DNA of 64,000 bases from an uncultured Acidobacteriota bacterium (GTDB lineage Bacteria; Acidobacteriota; UBA6911). This document shows, piece by piece, positions 39,086 to 49,300 of the stretch. The notes beneath the pieces were generated by a model, which saw only the letters and a list, made by a program, of their open reading frames with translations, had not been told where the DNA came from and made no database searches. The position numbers and the translations under genes are program-made. Each line of letters starts with the position of its first letter. Position 1 is the stretch's first letter. The stretch lies in NCBI GenBank assembly GCA_963843575.1, contig CAWJKZ010000011.1:32001-96000 (forward strand), in the 5' to 3' direction.

Positions 39086-40589
39086 ATGACGATTCATCTG
39101 GTGAATCCCAGCGATGTTTCCTTCGGTATCGGCGTCATCACGCCCCGTTGGCTGTATGTGCTTGCGGCTGCGACGCCGCGCGAGCACGGCGACCCGCTGC
39201 TCACCGACGAGACGCTGGAGCAGCTCGATGTGTCCACAATACGGTGCCGGCGATGTCGTCGGGATCGGGATCCACACGGGCAACGCCCTGCGCGGGTACG
39301 AGGTGGGCCGGATGGCGCGCGAGCGCGGCGCGTACGTGGTCTACGGCGGCATTCACGCCGGCCTGTATCCCGAGGAGGCGCGCGAACTCGGCGGTGCGCA
39401 CGCGGTCGTGCGCGGTGACGGCGACGTCGTGTGGGGGAAAGTCGTGGCCGACTGCCTCAACGGCGGGCCTGCCCCCATCTACGACGCCGGGCAGGTGGCC
39501 GGGTGCGACATGCTCCCGGCGCGCTGGGACCTGCTGCCGCCCAACCGCTACATGTGGGCTTCCGTCCAGACCGTGCGCGGCTGTCCGAAACACTGCTCCT
39601 TCTGTTCCGTCTGGCGCACGGACGGCCAGGCCCCGCGCCAGCGCAGCCCGGAGTCGATCATGCACGAGGCCGTCGAGCTGCGCCGGATGGGTTTCCGTTA
39701 CCTCGCCCTGTCGGACGACAATTTCTACCCCGTCTCGCTGGGCGACCTGGAGATGGCGCGGCGCCGCGAAGACAAGACCCGCCTGCACGAACTCGAGCGC
39801 CTTCGGGCCGAGCGGCTCGAACTGATGCGCCGGCTGGCGCAGCTCCCGTCGGACACGGTGATGTTCACCCAGATCACGATGGAAGCGGCCGAGGACAAAG
39901 AGTTCCTGAAAGGCATGCACGACGCGCGCATCAAGGGGGCCCTGGTCGGGGTGGAGTCGATCGGGGAGGAGGGGCTCAAATCGATCTACAAGGGATTCAA
40001 CCAGACGGGTGAGGCGCTCGTCCGCAGCCTGCAGGCGTTTCGCGAGGCGGGCGTCCACGTCCTGGGATCGTTTATTTTCGGCCTCCCGAGCGACACGGCC
40101 GGAGCCTGGGACGCCACGGTCGCGCTGGCGCAGCAGGCCTCGGTGACCTTCGCCCAGTTCGTCATCCTGACGCCGTTCCCGGGGACCCTCGATTTCGCGA
40201 GGTGGGAAGCCGGGTTCAACGGCAGCCCCGACATGGTCGACGGCGTTCCCGTGACCCGGCACTGGCTGCTCCCGAAGCACAGGCGGCCGAAGATCTTCTC
40301 GCCGCACCCGACGATGTCGGGCGAAGAGATCCGGACCCGCACCCAGGGCGCGTGGGACAAGTTCTACAGCCTGCCCCTGGTCTGGCAGCGGGCGCGGTGC
40401 GTCAAGACGCTGCGTTCGCGGCTGGCCTTCGTGCTGATTTCGAAGCTCTACCGGCAGATGTACGCCAACACCGGGATCTCCACCGACAGCGCCCGCGTGG
40501 CGCGCGCGGCCCGGTGGGCGCGCCTGATCGCAAAAGGCTGCCTGCGCCTGTTCGCCGGCACCCCCATGCCCGAACTGCAGGTGCCGTAG
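39086..40589 (+). CDS. B12-binding radical SAM protein, frameshift near 39243
   Basis: VVYGGIHA, RGCPKHCSFC (CxxxCxxC), DDNF, GVES, SFIFGLP, TPFPGT. Confidence 0.88.
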
Positions 40590-40591
40590 CT

Positions 40592-40800
40592 CGGAGTGCG
40601 GCGCCTCGGCGCCGCCTCGACGCGGCCCGTCGAGCCGGCGCACTCGGCGCCGCATAATTGCTCTGAGACTCCGCGTCGAGCTGCCGTAGCTCCATAGGGT
40701 AGGCCAGACGGGCTCGCATGGCTGCCGCCCGGTCCCGGCACCCCTATCGCACCCGGAGCGCGGCGCCGAGGCTCTTGCGAGCTCGGCGCCTGGGCGCCGA
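40592..40800. repeat. Degenerate REP family A/C cluster
   Basis: GGAGTGCGGCGCCTCGGCGCCGC, CTCGACGCGGCCC, GTCGAGCCGGCGCACTC, CGGCGCCTGGGCGCCG between convergent genes. Confidence 0.7.
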
Positions 40801-40904
40801 CCAGGAATCAGTTCATCCGATAGATTCTTTAGATACTCCTCCAGTATAGCCGCACTGGGGTCATGGCAGTGCGGCGTCAAGCCCTGCCTCACGGGATGCA
40901 CTTC

Positions 40905-42237
40905 CTAAACCACGAGCTTCCAGGGTGGGCGATAGTCGCGCGTGAGAAGCCTCTGGGCGGCGGGGCTGCCGCCGGTCAGTTTCTGGTTCGCGACATCCCA
41001 GACGATCCGCTCCTTTGCGCGCAGCGCGACGTTGGCCAGCAGGCAGGCGCTGCTGGAGCGATGCCCGTATTCGATATCGCTCATCGGGCGTGGCGCGGCT
41101 CTTCATGCACTCGATCAGGTTTCCGACGTGGTTGTACAGGCCGTCGTCCACCTGATCCATCTGCATCGTCGCCGTCCGGTCCACCTCTTTCTTCTGCACG
41201 GTCTTCTTTTCCGGGAAGACCCGAAAGCCGGACCGGTCGAGGAACATCGTCCCGTCGGAACCGTGAAACTCGATGCCGTAGCCCTTGCCGTACATCGAAT
41301 TCTCGTTGAGCAGCCGGTTCTCGTAGGTGCAGATGAAGGCCGGGTATTCGAACGTGACCTGCAGCGTGTCGGGGGTTTCGCTGTTGTCCTCGCAGGTAGA
41401 ACTTGGATCCCGAGGAAGAGATCGCCGTCGGGCCGTCCACCTTCATCGCCCACTGCACGATGTCGAGGAGGTGGATGCACCAGTCGCCCAGCCAGCCGTT
41501 GGCGTAGTCGTAGAAGTAGCGGAAAGTGGACCAGCGGTCGCCGACGCCGAAGCGATTCCAGTTGAACGGCACCTTGGGCGCCGGGCCGAGCCACATGTCC
41601 CAGTCGAGACCGGCGGGCGGTTCGCTGTCTGCCGGGTTGCCGATCCCCTCCGGGTAGCTGTTGCCGTAGTTCCAGGTGCGCACGAAGGTGATCTTCCCGA
41701 GCAGCCCCTGCTGAACGATCTGAGCGGCCCGCTGGAAGTGCAGGTTCGAGCGTTGCCAGAGGCCCACCTGCACGACGCGCTTGTACTTCCGCGCCGCCTC
41801 GACCATTTTCTTCCCTTCCTCGACGGCCACGCAGACCGGCTTCTCGACGAACACGTCCTTGCCGGCCTGGCAGGCCATGATGGCCGGAAGCGCGTGCCAG
41901 TGATCGGGGGTGGCGTTGATCACCACGTCGACGTCCTTGTTGTCCAGCAGGCGCCGGAAGTCGCCATAGGTCGCCGGGCTGCCGCCCGCCTCCTCGAGCC
42001 CCTTCTGAGATTCGGCTGGTAGACGTCGCACAGGGCGACGATCTCCGCGCCGTGCCGCTTGAAGTTGCGCATGTTGTCGCGGCCCTGCCTCCCGGTGCCG
42101 ATGACCCCCACGCGGATGCGGTCGTTGGCCCCCAGGACGTTGCGGGTGCTGGCGCCGCACATCGAGATGCTGGCGCCAGCGGCAGTCCAGGCAGCCCGTT
42201 TCATGAAGTCCCGCCGGTCGATTTCGTCGTGTTGCAT
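40905..42237 (-). CDS. Tat-exported Gfo/Idh/MocA oxidoreductase, about three frameshifts
   Basis: RRDFMK signal, ANDRIRVGVIGTG, TPDHWH, DVFVEKP, LDWDMWLGPAP, DWCIHLLD, YRPPWKL; frame breaks near 42005, 41390 and 41085. Confidence 0.88.
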
Positions 42238-42282
42238 GTGCGCCCCCTTTTGGTGGAATGGCCCGAGGATACCACGGTTTTC

Positions 42283-42334
42283 GAGTGCGGCGCCCAGGCG
42301 CCGCCCACAAAGCGGCGTCGACCGCCGCACTCCA
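42283..42334. repeat. REP family A copy
   Basis: GAGTGCGGCGCCCAGGCGCCGC + AAAGCGGCGTCGACCGCCGCACTCCA. Confidence 0.82.
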
Positions 42335-42340
42335 AATTGT

Positions 42341-43549
42341 TTACGCCTTTACCGTTTTGCGGGCCTGGTCGAAGGCGCGCTTGAGGTTGTCGCGGTAGAC
42401 CTTTTTCAGGACGGGGTCGGGCAGGCCGAAGCCGTTCATCGGCCAGTGGTAGTCCCAGTTGAAGTACAGGTCCTGTTCGTAAAAGTGCTCGTCGAGCGAC
42501 TCCATGACCCGGAAAGTGGTGCTGAACATGCGCTGGTTGTAAGGCATGTCGGTCCCGTAGACCACCCGGTCAGGATACTTCTGATAAAACTGGGCCGCAA
42601 AGCGCGGGATGGTCGCGGTCTCGGCGAAGCGCGCCGAATTGTCGGCGTACATGTTGGGGTAGCGGTCGAACATTTTTCCCAGGCGTGTCAGGTCGTAGTC
42701 CAGGTTGGCCAGATGGCAGCAGATGAACACGGTGTCCCGGTTTTTGGCCAGCGTACGCTCGAGGCTCTGCAGCAGCCCTTCGTGGTTGAGGAGATCCGGC
42801 CGGTTGTCCAGTCTCCACGAAAACCCGTTCATGAGCCCGTCGTTGTGTCTGTCCTGGGGGAGGTAGCCCCAGACGGGGTCCGACATGTGGAGGATGATGG
42901 GCATGCCGAGCTGGGCGCAGCGCTGCCAGAGCGGTTCCATCAGCGGGTCGTCCGGGTGCAGGCCGTTGGTCTTGTCGGCCGCGCGCTGGTTGGCGAGGTA
43001 GGCGGGCGCGCCGGTCCCGATCACGCGGTCCAGCCCGAGACCCTTGTCGGTGGTCTCCCCGACGCCGGTGGCGCCCACGCGGTGGCAGCGTTCCAGTTCC
43101 TTGATGGCCGCCGGGCCGAATCCCGGCTGGTTCACGCCCGAGAAGTCAAAGCCGCAGAACAGCTCGAAGCGCCCCGGGTACCTGGTGCAATACAGCTTGT
43201 GCCACGCGTCGAAGCGTTCCCCGTTGGAGCGGCTGACCAGGACCGTTTTTTCGACGCCGACCGCATCCATGATCTTCACGATCGCGTCGACGTCCTCGGG
43301 GGTGCGGGCCCGCGGGTGGCAGTGGGTGTCCCAGACGGGGAACTTCGCCTTCTTGATGTCGCTGACCGGGATCTTGAAGATCGACTTGGGCCGGTAGTCC
43401 TTCAACAGGAGCTTGTCCGGCTCGACGGCCGGCGGTTCGGGTGCCGGGGAGGCGGGTTGCTGCGCCCGAGCGCGCCGGGGGCTGGCGGCGAGCGCCGCGC
43501 CGGAAAGCATCATCCATTCTCTGCGGTTTATCAAAGCGTACTTGCGCAT
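42341..43549 (-). CDS. Tat-exported amidohydrolase (Amidohydro_2 family)
   Basis: NRREW signal; DTHCH, PIILHMSD, CCH, YGTD metal ligands. Confidence 0.87.
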   Translation of the reverse strand: MRKYALINRREWMMLSGAALAASPRRARAQQPASPAPEPPAVEPDKLLLKDYRPKSIFKIPVSDIKKAKFPVWDTHCHPRARTPEDVDAIVKIMDAVGVEKTVLVSRSNGERFDAWHKLYCTRYPGRFELFCGFDFSGVNQPGFGPAAIKELERCHRVGATGVGETTDKGLGLDRVIGTGAPAYLANQRAADKTNGLHPDDPLMEPLWQRCAQLGMPIILHMSDPVWGYLPQDRHNDGLMNGFSWRLDNRPDLLNHEGLLQSLERTLAKNRDTVFICCHLANLDYDLTRLGKMFDRYPNMYADNSARFAETATIPRFAAQFYQKYPDRVVYGTDMPYNQRMFSTTFRVMESLDEHFYEQDLYFNWDYHWPMNGFGLPDPVLKKVYRDNLKRAFDQARKTVKA

Positions 43550-43558
43550 CTTGACTCC

Positions 43559-44755
43559 TTATTTGAGAAGTTCGAATGCCACGCGGGCCAGGTTGCGCCC
43601 GTGGGCGAGAAAAAGGTCGGTTCCGGTCCAGCGCCCGAGGTTGTCGAGGTAGCCGGTCTTCATTTCCATCAGCAGGCTCAGCGCGCCGGTCGCCGCGGCG
43701 ACGACCGATTCGGTGTTCAAGGGGTCGGTGCTCGGGTCGAACGGGCCCGTGAAGATGGTCTCGCGCCTCAGGAGCGCTTCCAGGCGGCGCGCCTCGGCCT
43801 CGCGCGTGGCGGGGGCGAAACGGATGTAGTCCCCGTCCTCGTTCCAGACCATGTCGTTGTTGTGGACGTTGACCCAGAGATCCAGCCGGTCCGTTTCGCG
43901 CCAGCGCGCGATCGCCCGCTGGATCAGGGCGATCTCCGGCGCGTCGGCCGCGTCGCGCGACAGCGGGTCGTCGCCGTGCCAGTGACGGTTCAGGTCGACG
44001 CCGCGTGCGTTGAACCGGGTCCCCCCGCGGACGACCCCGTCGGGATTGAGCATCGGGCAGATGCGGAAGCGCAGCTTCCGGCGGATGGCCTGCGCATCCG
44101 GGCCAGGCGAGGTGAGGAAGCGCAGCATCCCCTCCAGCGCCCACGATCCGCCCGCCTCGAACGCGTGCTGCCGGGCGACGAACCAGACCACTGGGCGGCC
44201 ATCTTTCGGGGCGCCGGGCTCGTCGACGTCGACCACGTAAAGGGGGCGGCCCTCCACCGACTTGCCGATCTCACTCACCTTGACGGCCGGGTGCGGGCGG
44301 ATTTCCCGCAGGAGCGCTTCGAGCCGGGACAGGGTGTACGGCGGGAGGTAGGCGATCCAGACGGGATCGCGGCTGAAGACGTGGCGGATGCGCAGCGAAC
44401 GGGTGTCCTTGTCGAAGGCACAGTCGGTGAACCGCTCCCAGTGCTCGCCGTCGTAAGAGAAGACAGGGACGGTGTTGCGTTCGAAGGGAAGGATGTCCCC
44501 TTTGCGGCCGTTGTAGACGGTGTAGTCGAGAGCCTCGACCCGGATCGTGATCTCGCGGTGGAGGACGTTGGAGAGCCGGCCGTAGAACCAGGTGATGGCG
44601 GAGTTGACCTTCTCGCGGTCCTGCTCGAGCCGCGGGGCAAAGACCAGCCGCGTGTCGTTTTCAACCCGCCAAACGCCGAGGCTGCCGGACTCGAAGCTGT
44701 CGCTGACCTGGATGGGCCCGCCCACCAGGAGCATCACGGACAGTAGGAGATTCAT
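43559..44755 (-). CDS. M14 zinc carboxypeptidase family protein
   Basis: FESG N-terminus, IGKSVEGRPL, ARQHAFE (HxxE), PMLNPDG, R.N..G.DLNR, NVH. Confidence 0.87.
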   Translation of the reverse strand: MNLLLSVMLLVGGPIQVSDSFESGSLGVWRVENDTRLVFAPRLEQDREKVNSAITWFYGRLSNVLHREITIRVEALDYTVYNGRKGDILPFERNTVPVFSYDGEHWERFTDCAFDKDTRSLRIRHVFSRDPVWIAYLPPYTLSRLEALLREIRPHPAVKVSEIGKSVEGRPLYVVDVDEPGAPKDGRPVVWFVARQHAFEAGGSWALEGMLRFLTSPGPDAQAIRRKLRFRICPMLNPDGVVRGGTRFNARGVDLNRHWHGDDPLSRDAADAPEIALIQRAIARWRETDRLDLWVNVHNNDMVWNEDGDYIRFAPATREAEARRLEALLRRETIFTGPFDPSTDPLNTESVVAAATGALSLLMEMKTGYLDNLGRWTGTDLFLAHGRNLARVAFELLK

Positions 44756-44824
44756 AGTGCCGTGAGCATCCGGCAAATCCGCGCTCCCGTCAAGGGGGTG
44801 CGAGGAGTGAAGATAAAAACGACG

Positions 44825-44911
44825 GCAGGACGCAGGATTTCACGGATCTACGCAGCCTGTCGCTAAGTCAAAACCCGCGTGCAACCGCGCAAATCCGCGT
44901 CCGCGTTCTGC
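44825..44911. repeat. Repeat family D doublet (GCAG.ACGC.GAT..CGCGGAT / ATCCGCGT)
   Basis: Related to 55307-55581 and 59204-59294. Confidence 0.6.
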
Positions 44912-44919
44912 CGACCAGC

Positions 44920-45966
44920 TTACGGCAGCCTTGCGGGATCGATGACGACGTGTTTCACGCGTTTTCGGTTCCAGGTGTACGTGACGTGTACCTTGCCGTC
45001 GCGGGCCTGGATCACGGCGGGGTACGAGTACTCGCCCGGGCTGTCTTCCAGCACCAGCGCCGCTTTCCACTCCTGCCCATCCGTCGAGACGGCGACGTTG
45101 AGGGGCGACCTGCCGCTGCCGGAGTGGTTGTAGACGATGAGGTGCCGGCCGTCCTTCAACGTGAGCGCGTCGGTGCCGGAGTTCGGGTTTGGGAGCGACG
45201 TCGCCGTCATGGCGCCCCAGCTGCGGCCGTCGTCCTCCGAGAAAATCTGGAAGACTTTACCCTGTCGCGTCCTTCCGACGGCCTGCAGACGGCTGCCCCC
45301 GAGAAACAGGATGGACGGTTGGATGGCGGAAAACGTGATCCCGTCGTTGACGGGTCCGATGCGTTGCCAGGTGGCGCCGAGATCGGCCGTGCGTTCGAAG
45401 TGCACCCGCCAGAGGCTCGGCCGGTCCTCGCTCTCCGTGCTTGACCCGCACAGCAGCGCGCCGTCCCGCAGTTGCACCGGTTTGTTCTTGACCGGGCCCA
45501 GGATCCCGTCGGGAAGCCGCCGCGGCGCGGACCAGGTGCGCCCATCGTCGGTGGACGTCCTGAGCATGCCCCACCAGGTGCGCGGGCTTGGGCCGACCTT
45601 GTAGAAAAGGAGCAGTGGCCCCGAGGAGGGCCGGAAGAGCACCGGGTTCCAGCACGGCCAGCGCTTTCCGTCCGACTGGAGGCCATTGGCTGCCTCGATG
45701 GGCGCCGTCCATTTGCCCGCCTGGCGCCGGGAGACCCAGATGCCGACATCCGGGTTCCCTTCGCCGGTCCCGCCGAACCAGGCGGCGACGAGACCGGCGT
45801 CGGTCTCCGCGATCGTGGATGCGTGGCACGAGGGGAATGGCGCCGTTTCGTAGATGAACTCCCCCTGCAGGTAGCCCGGCTGCTCCGGGCTGCCGGAAGG
45901 GAAAAGCCCCAAGGCGGGCGCCAGCCCGGCCTTCATGATCGTCCGTCGCGACAAAGGCACAGCCAT
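44920..45966 (-). CDS. Tat-exported BNR/Asp-box sialidase-family protein
   Basis: SRRT signal; CHASTIAE..WFGG..EG, WNPVLF, Asp-boxes STDDGRTW and SEDDGRSW, LPNPNSG, YSYP. Confidence 0.87.
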   Translation of the reverse strand: MAVPLSRRTIMKAGLAPALGLFPSGSPEQPGYLQGEFIYETAPFPSCHASTIAETDAGLVAAWFGGTGEGNPDVGIWVSRRQAGKWTAPIEAANGLQSDGKRWPCWNPVLFRPSSGPLLLFYKVGPSPRTWWGMLRTSTDDGRTWSAPRRLPDGILGPVKNKPVQLRDGALLCGSSTESEDRPSLWRVHFERTADLGATWQRIGPVNDGITFSAIQPSILFLGGSRLQAVGRTRQGKVFQIFSEDDGRSWGAMTATSLPNPNSGTDALTLKDGRHLIVYNHSGSGRSPLNVAVSTDGQEWKAALVLEDSPGEYSYPAVIQARDGKVHVTYTWNRKRVKHVVIDPARLP

Positions 45967-45989
45967 ATCGTCACCCTCCCGACCTGATC

Positions 45990-46216
45990 CAAGTGGGTCC
46001 GGGCTTCAGCCCGGACGCTGTTTGCAGTCGCTATATAGCTTAGGTCAAAAGGCGTCCGGGCTGAAGAGGCTGTCCAACGGTTGATCTGCCCGCCCTGCCC
46101 GTAAAGCAAGTGGGTCCGGGCTTCAGCCCGGACGTCTTTAAGTCCGTTCCATAGAGTTCCACCTGCCCTGCATTGCGACCGCAAACAGCCTCCGGGCTGA
46201 AGCCCGGACCCACTTG
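45990..46216. repeat. REP family B composite array
   Basis: Three full or near-full arms plus the same truncated arm as at 22188, in reverse orientation. Confidence 0.88.
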
Positions 46217-46317
46217 ACTTCAGACGGGGCTTTCGCTTCCTGCGCTGAGGTTTGCAGGGTTGGTGTTAGGATAGCTGCAATACACCGCCTCATACTCGCG
46301 ACTCGGGGAGGAATGCC

Positions 46318-49300
46318 ATGGACCAGAGATTCCGCTCGCCGATCCGTTCAGTGCTTATCGCCCTTGCCCTTTCCCTCCTGCTGTTCCGGTCCGGTCCGGC
46401 TCAGACGGACCAGGCCAAACTCAGCGGGATGCTTCGGCTCATCCAGGAGAAGTACTCTGCGCTCCGGGAGGGACCGTCGGCGGGCCGCGAATTTCGTTCG
46501 GACTCGGCCGTGCGGGCCCTCGCGGGCGTCGTTTCGATCGACCTGGCCGGCGCGGAACCGGTCATCCCGGTCGCCGTGGTGGTGCGGGACAACGGCGTCG
46601 AAGTCCGCCAGCAAGGCTACGCGGTCGTAGCCCAGATCGGGGACGTGCTGACCACGCGGGTGCCGGCGTCGCGGCTGGCGCATCTGGCCGGCCTCCCGAG
46701 CGTGGTGTTCGTCGAGGCCTCCACGATCCAGCGGCCGCTGGTCCACGACGTCAGCGTCCCGGAGACCAAGGCTGTCCAGGCCAGGCAGGCCTTCAACCTG
46801 ACCGGGAAAGGCGTGCTGGTCGGCGTCATCGACACCGGCATCGACTGGCGGCACGACGACTTCCGCACCGCCGACGGCAAGACCCGGATCAAGTTCCTCT
46901 GGGATATGAGCGACAAGCGGGGGCCGGAGCCGGCCGACGTCCCGGGCGGCGGCGGCACGGTGTACACGGAGGCCCAGATCAACGCCGCCCTTTCCGGCAG
47001 CGGGACCGTCGCGGAGGTGGATCGCGTCGGGCACGGCACTCACGTCACCGGCAGTTCCGCCGGCAACGGCCGTGCTGCCGGCGGAGGGTTCTCCCCGGGG
47101 ACGTTCACGGGCGTAGCGCCCGAGGCCGCGATCGTGTTCGTGAAGGGGATCCGCTCCGACTCGTCGGGCTTTGCGCTCGACGACCAGATCGCGGCGCTCC
47201 GATTCATCGACAACCGGGCGCGCGAGCTGGACATGCCCTACGTCGTCAACATGAGCCTGGGCGGGCACTATGGGCCGCACGACGGGACTGCGGCGAACGA
47301 GCGCGCCATCGACAACCTCATCGGGCCCGGAATCGCCGGCAAGGTCGTGTGCATCTCGGCCGGGAACGAGGGCGCAGACGACATCCATGCCGGCGGGACC
47401 CTCGGGCCCGGCGCCTCCGACGCCGTCGGGTTCAACGTCCCGTCCAACAAGACCCTCGCCCTGCTCGACCTCTGGTACGCGGGCGCCGGCACGTTTGAAG
47501 TAACCGTCACGACGCCGACGGGGTTGTCCACCGACACGATAACGCCGGGCGGGAATTTCCACGGGACGGCGCCTGACGGCACCGTGGTCGACATCGAATC
47601 CCTGGCTACCAACCCGCTCAACAACGCGCGTAACCTGACGGTGGTGGTCACCCACTCCGACGCCAACACCGCCATTTTGCCGGGAGAGTGGAGTGTCAGG
47701 TTGCGCAATACCTCGGGGGCGTCTGCGCGGTTCGACGCCTGGTTGATCGGACGCGCCTCGTTCATCGACCACGTCGACCCGAGCCGGCGCGTCGGGATGC
47801 CGGGCACGGCGCGCAACGCGATCACGGTCGCCTCCTACGTTACCAAGACCCGCTGGACCGACATCGACGGCGTCGCGCGCGACTACCGCGGCTGGGGACC
47901 CGCCTTCGACGCGGGACAGTCGGAGAAGTCGCCCTTCTCGAGCCCCGGGCCGACGCGCGACGGGCGTCAGAAGCCCGACATCAGCGCACCCGGCCAGGCT
48001 ATCGTCTCCGCCAACTCGGCCGACGCGGAGCAGGAGCGCAGCATGATCCTGCCCGACGGAGGGAAGCACCAGGTCATGCAGGGGACCAGCATGGCTTCGC
48101 CGCACGTCACGGGCGTGGTCGCGCTGCTGCTGCAGGCCAGCCCCAGGATGGACGCGGCCCAGGTCAAGGACTTGATCACCCGGACGGCGCGCGCCGACGA
48201 TTTCACCTCGCGCGTTCCCAACAGCGACTTCGGGTACGGGAAGATCGACGCCTACGAGGCGGCGCGGGCAATCGTGGGGAACGCCGGGACGTCGCCTCCG
48301 GTTTCCGATCCCGTCATCGCGTCGCTGGACCCGTCCTCGATCGAACAGGGAACGACGGTCCACATGCTCGTGAACGGATCGAATTTCACCGGTACGCTCG
48401 CCGCCTCCGTCACCCCCTCGGCCGGGATCGCCGTCAACCAGGTGGGGCTCGTCTCGTCGACGCGGGTTGAGCTGACCCTGGCGGTCGCCTCGGGAGCGAC
48501 CGCCGGGAACTACCAGTTGACGCTGACCGCAGACGGCCGGCGCAGCAATCCGGGACTCTTCCGGGTAGTCGCGCCCGACGCCCCGAGCACCGACCCGAAC
48601 GACGGCTACGAGCCGAACGACACCCTGGACGACGCCAAGCCGTTGCCCGGGGACGGGATCGTCCGCGGGCGCATCAGTCCGCGGAGCGACGTCGACGTGT
48701 TCAAGTTCGCGGCCACCCAGGGACGCAAGGTCACGGTGGATGTCGACGCGTCCACGCTGTCCCCCTCTTCGACACTCGATTCGATCATCGGCATCTTCGA
48801 CGCGTTCGGCAACCTGCTCGACTTCAACGACGACGACGGCCGGAGCCTCGATTCGCACCTCGAGTGGACTCCCTCGGTGACCACGACGTATTACGTCGTC
48901 GTGGCCTCGTATTCCAGCTCCGAGGAGGGCCCCACGTCATCCGGGAACTTCGTGCTCAGGCTCACCGGTCACGCCGGGGACGTGCGCCGCGACAGTACCG
49001 CCCCGTCCCTGGATGCCGGCGACATCTGGGTCCCGGAGTTCCTCAACCGCAAAGACGAGCTGTTCGCATCCTGGTATGCGTTCGACAACGAGTCGGGCAT
49101 CGACCACTACGAATACGCCGTCGGCACCTCCCCCGGCGCATCGAACGTCGTACCGTTCACCCGCACCGGCAACTGGTCCGTCGTATTGCGCGGCCTCAAC
49201 CTGTCCGACGGGGGCTCCTACTACTTCGCGATCCGCGCGGTCAACGGCGCCGGACTGGCCGGTCCCCTGGCCATCGCCGACGCGATCCGGATCGACACCA

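Noticed and set aside
19627-46216. CRISPR array interpretation of the family-B repeats
   Set aside because: Copies alternate in orientation, are scattered, have related spacers, and no cas genes are present.
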